Shown here piece after piece: positions 60,933-64,000 of a stretch of 64,000 bases of DNA. The position numbers were made by a program, and so were the translations under genes. Origin of the DNA: Thermodesulfovibrionia bacterium (GTDB taxonomy: Bacteria; Nitrospirota; Thermodesulfovibrionia; UBA6902); assembly GCA_038918635.1 (NCBI GenBank), contig JBCKZY010000002.1, positions 6,591 to 70,590 of the forward strand, in the 5' to 3' direction. Each line of letters begins with the position of its first letter. The stretch's first letter is position 1. A model generated the notes under the pieces. The model was given only the letters and a program-made list of their open reading frames with translations, made no database searches and was not told the origin of the DNA.

Positions 60933-61092
60933 GTCATTCCGGCTTGTCCGGAATCATTCCTTTATAAGTCATCTGTTGCAAGAAGATTCCGGACAAGCCC
61001 GCTTCGCCGAATCGAGGCGAGCCGGAATGACAATCTTTATTGATAGTATCTTATAACACTTGAACCCTAGGACCCTTGAACCCCCGAACCCT
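60933..61092. repeat. palindrome with the REP core inserted into its right arm, plus YTTGAACCC-type tail
   Basis: Left arm tgtcattccggcttgtccggaatc. Right arm gattccggacaagc[ccgcttcgccgaatcgaggcgag]ccggaatgaca. Tail cacttgaaccctaggacccttgaacccccgaaccc. Confidence 0.65.
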
Positions 61093-61099
61093 TTTTTAA

Positions 61100-62770
61100 T
61101 TACATCCTCTCCGGTGTGTTGACCCCGAGTATCTTCAAACCCTCTTCCAGAACTATCTGGACAGCCCTGCAAAGAGAGAGCCTGGCAGAGGTCAGCGCTT
61201 TGTCATCAGATATAACCCTGTGCCTGTTATAGTATGAATGGAACTGCCCGGCAAGCTCCTGAAGATAATAAGTTATCCTGTGAGGTTCATAAGCAAGCAC
61301 AGCTCCCTCAAAGACCACCTGATAACGCATCAGGTTCCTGATCAGCTTAATGTCATCATCTCCTCTTAGAACAGACAGGTCTGTTTCAGTTTCATTTTGC
61401 CCTTTGCCCTCTGCCCTTTGCCCTGTTTTTTCCGCCTTCCCGAATATGCTTGATATCCTTGCGAACGCGTACTGCACATAAAAAACAGGGTTTTCAGAAG
61501 ACTCTTTCTTGGCAACATCTATATCAAAATCAAGATGACTGTCAGACCGCCTTGTGAGGAATATAAACTTTGTAATATCCACCCCTACCTCGTCAATAAC
61601 CTCACGAAGAGTTATAAACTCCCCTGCTCTTTTGGACATCTGTACCGGCCTGCCCTCTCTCAGCAGGCTGACTATCTGAACAAGTATTACCCTGAACCTT
61701 TCTTCAGGGAGACCGAAAGCCTTAAGCACTGACCTGAGCCTCGGCACATAGCCGTGATGATCCGCGCCCCATATGTCTATAATTGTATCAAAGCCTCTGT
61801 CGAGCTTATCTTTGTGATATGCAATGTCAGAAGCAAAATATGTATATTCTCCGTCTTTTTTTAAAACTACCCTGTCCTTGTCGTCTCCAAACTCAGTTGA
61901 TTTAAACCATCTGGCGCCGTCTTTCTCATAGATAAAGTCTTTCTCAGCGAGAAACTCTAAAGCATCATTCACCTTTTCTTTCTCATAAAGCTCTTTTTCA
62001 CTCTGCCACCTGTCAAATTCAATTCCAAAATCACCCAGGTCTTTTGAGATATCAGCAAGCATCATCTTAAAGGAATAATCCTTAAAATAATCAGCGCACT
62101 CTTCATATTTAGTATTAAGGTGTTTATTTCCCGCTTTCTTAATAATCTCATCAGAAATCAAGCTTATGTAATCGCCTTTATAACCATCATCAGGAAATGG
62201 GATGTTATTGCCGAGTTTCTGCTGGTAGACGGAATAGACAGAACGCCCGAGAAGATTTACCTGCAGCCCCGCGTCATTAATATAAAATTCCCTTTTAACA
62301 TTAAATCCCGCTGTACTGAGCAGATTGCAGAGCGCGTTGCCAAGAGCAGCGCCCCTTCCATGCCCGATATGGAGCGGTCCTGTAGGGTTCGCGCTTACAA
62401 ATTCAACCTGTACCCTGCTTCCCTTGCCAATATCAATTCTGAAGAAGTCGTGCCCTTCTTTCAGTAGCTGCTCAAGTTTTTCATGAAAATACTCTCTCCT
62501 GTACGTGAAGTTAATGAAACCGGGACCCGCAATCTCAATCTTTTCAAAGGAACCTGCCTCTCTGTCTATACCGGCAAGAATCTCCTCTGCTATCTTCCTC
62601 GGAGGTTTTTTCAGGATCTTTGTTAGCTTCATGGCAACTGTGCTTGCCACATCCCCCATGGATTCGTTTTTAGGGATCTCAACATCGATCTCAGGGAGAT
62701 TCTCAATCCCCCACCCGGCTTTAAGCCCCTCAAGAGCGTCTTTAATTGTCCTGACAACTTCTTTTTTCAT
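61100..62770 (-). CDS. argS: arginine--tRNA ligase
   Basis: 556 aa. Class I HIGH motif ANPTGPLHIGHGRGA. C-terminal anticodon-binding domain. Confidence 0.9.
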   Translation of the reverse strand: MKKEVVRTIKDALEGLKAGWGIENLPEIDVEIPKNESMGDVASTVAMKLTKILKKPPRKIAEEILAGIDREAGSFEKIEIAGPGFINFTYRREYFHEKLEQLLKEGHDFFRIDIGKGSRVQVEFVSANPTGPLHIGHGRGAALGNALCNLLSTAGFNVKREFYINDAGLQVNLLGRSVYSVYQQKLGNNIPFPDDGYKGDYISLISDEIIKKAGNKHLNTKYEECADYFKDYSFKMMLADISKDLGDFGIEFDRWQSEKELYEKEKVNDALEFLAEKDFIYEKDGARWFKSTEFGDDKDRVVLKKDGEYTYFASDIAYHKDKLDRGFDTIIDIWGADHHGYVPRLRSVLKAFGLPEERFRVILVQIVSLLREGRPVQMSKRAGEFITLREVIDEVGVDITKFIFLTRRSDSHLDFDIDVAKKESSENPVFYVQYAFARISSIFGKAEKTGQRAEGKGQNETETDLSVLRGDDDIKLIRNLMRYQVVFEGAVLAYEPHRITYYLQELAGQFHSYYNRHRVISDDKALTSARLSLCRAVQIVLEEGLKILGVNTPERM

Positions 62771-62840
62771 TGAAACCCCTTAGTAGTACTCTTTTTTTGT
62801 TTATTTAATTAGAATTTTCTTTCTTCTTAGTCTGTGAGAG

Positions 62841-62904
62841 CCTGCCTGCTCGCTCGCCTCGGGGCGGAGCAACGGGCCTCGGCGAAGCGGGCCGGCAGGC
62901 AGGT
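62841..62904. repeat. REP-like element (reverse orientation, medium form)
   Basis: cctgcctgctcgctcgcctcggggcggagcaacgggcctcggcgaagcgggccggcaggcagg. Confidence 0.7.
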
Positions 62905-63083
62905 CTGTGGCTAGAAAACATAGTTAAGTTTAAATATTACCCGCTCCTAAGTCAACGAAAACCAAGTCGGTATAATTGATGCACTCGAAAATAAACATGG
63001 GATGGCGTCGTAATTGCTTTTCATACAGAGCCTCAAGTAAAATAACAGTATAATAATACGTATTCAGGGAGGAAATTAGTTAG

Positions 63084-63920
63084 ATGAACACATTTAAAAC
63101 AGCCGCCCTTTTAACGGGGCTTACTCTTATTCTTGTTTACGGTGGAGCCTATCTTGGCGGGCAATCAGGCATGACCATTGCCCTGATATTTGCGCTGGCC
63201 ATGAATGCTTTTACCTACTGGTTCAGCGATAAGCTGGTCCTTAAGATGTACAAGGCTAAAGAAGTAAATGAGGCCGAAGTTCCGGAACTCTTCTCAATGG
63301 TGAGAAGACTCGCCCAGAAGGCAGGGCTTCCGATGCCAAAGGTTTATATAATAAACCAGCCCCAGCCTAATGCCTTTGCAACAGGTAGAAACCCGGCCCA
63401 TGCCGCGGTTGCTGTGACTTCAGGTATTATGAAGATTCTGAGTTCTGAGGAGCTTGAAGGTGTTCTCGGGCACGAACTTGCCCATATACAGCACCGTGAT
63501 ATCCTGATAGGTACGGTAGCGGCAACTATTGCAGGCGCTATCAGCTTTCTCGCGCAGATGGCTCAATGGGCCATGATTTTTGGAGGAAGAGGCGATGATA
63601 GGCGGGGAAACCCTCTGGTTATGATTATCATGATGATCGTTACCCCGATCGCAGCCATGCTCATTCAGATGGCCATCTCCCGCTCAAGGGAATATGAAGC
63701 CGATGCCGGCGGCGCAAAGATCGCCGGTAACCCGCGGCACCTTGCAAGCGCGCTGAAAAAGCTTCATATGGCATCTCAGCAGATACCTCTTAAGGCACAG
63801 CCCGCTACAGCTCACATGTTTATAGTAAATCCTCTCACAGCCAAAGGCTTAACAAAGCTCTTCAGCACACATCCTCCCATGGAGGAGAGGGTGGCAAGGC
63901 TCGAAGCGATGAGGGGCTAG
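63084..63920 (+). CDS. htpX: zinc metalloprotease HtpX homologue
   Basis: 278 aa. Two N-terminal TM helices. [10 protein letters not shown] (HExxH). RBS gggagg. Confidence 0.85.
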   Translation: MNTFKTAALLTGLTLILVYGGAYLGGQSGMTIALIFALAMNAFTYWFSDKLVLKMYKAKEVNEAEVPELFSMVRRLAQKAGLPMPKVYIINQPQPNAFATGRNPAHAAVAVTSGIMKILSSEELEGVLGHELAHIQHRDILIGTVAATIAGAISFLAQMAQWAMIFGGRGDDRRGNPLVMIIMMIVTPIAAMLIQMAISRSREYEADAGGAKIAGNPRHLASALKKLHMASQQIPLKAQPATAHMFIVNPLTAKGLTKLFSTHPPMEERVARLEAMRG

Positions 63921-64000
63921 CCCGCATATTGCATGAAGGATTCGGTTTATAGTGAATATCGCACAGCAGATTGTGCGATCATCCGCAGAGGCATAGCTCT

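Overview
This window is bacterial chromosome of roughly 45% GC. The gene content points to an anaerobic Gram-negative lineage: a NapC/NrfH-type tetraheme cytochrome, Tat-exported Fe-S and GMC-dehydrogenase subunits, and a pyruvoyl-dependent arginine decarboxylase.

It carries scattered housekeeping genes: arfB, a DapL-like aminotransferase, folK, hisH, pdaD-speB, tgt, argS and htpX.

Most of the window is a very large surface-glycan / LPS-type biosynthesis region. It holds a polyprenyl glycosylphosphotransferase, eight GT2 genes plus one GT-A-like gene, four GT4 genes, glf, a nucleotide-sugar dehydrogenase with its epimerase, wzm/wzt with a Wzt C-terminal extension, an MsbA-like exporter, a WaaL/Wzy-family protein, a PIG-L deacetylase, a GNAT and a SAM methyltransferase.

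A type II secretion-like system is split into two loci. The secretin (23484-25553) sits next to an AT-rich islet that encodes a lipoprotein and two secreted proteins. The second locus (36156-44988) runs gspE-F-H-I-J-K-L-M-C.

No rRNA, tRNA or CRISPR was found. The most unusual aspect is the density of structured intergenic repeats, in at least three families:
- a modular GC-rich palindromic REP-like element;
- a YTTGAACCC tandem-motif tail;
- a CCCGA..TCGGG hairpin family.

There is also a MITE-like element with 19-bp terminal inverted repeats, in two copies. One copy sits inside the gsp operon.

A palindromic insertion that preserves the reading frame lies inside tgt, analogous to Rickettsia palindromic elements.

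A 45-codon wzm remnant at the glycan/T2SS junction, and a ~95-bp duplicated segment flanking gspE-gspF, point to local rearrangement.
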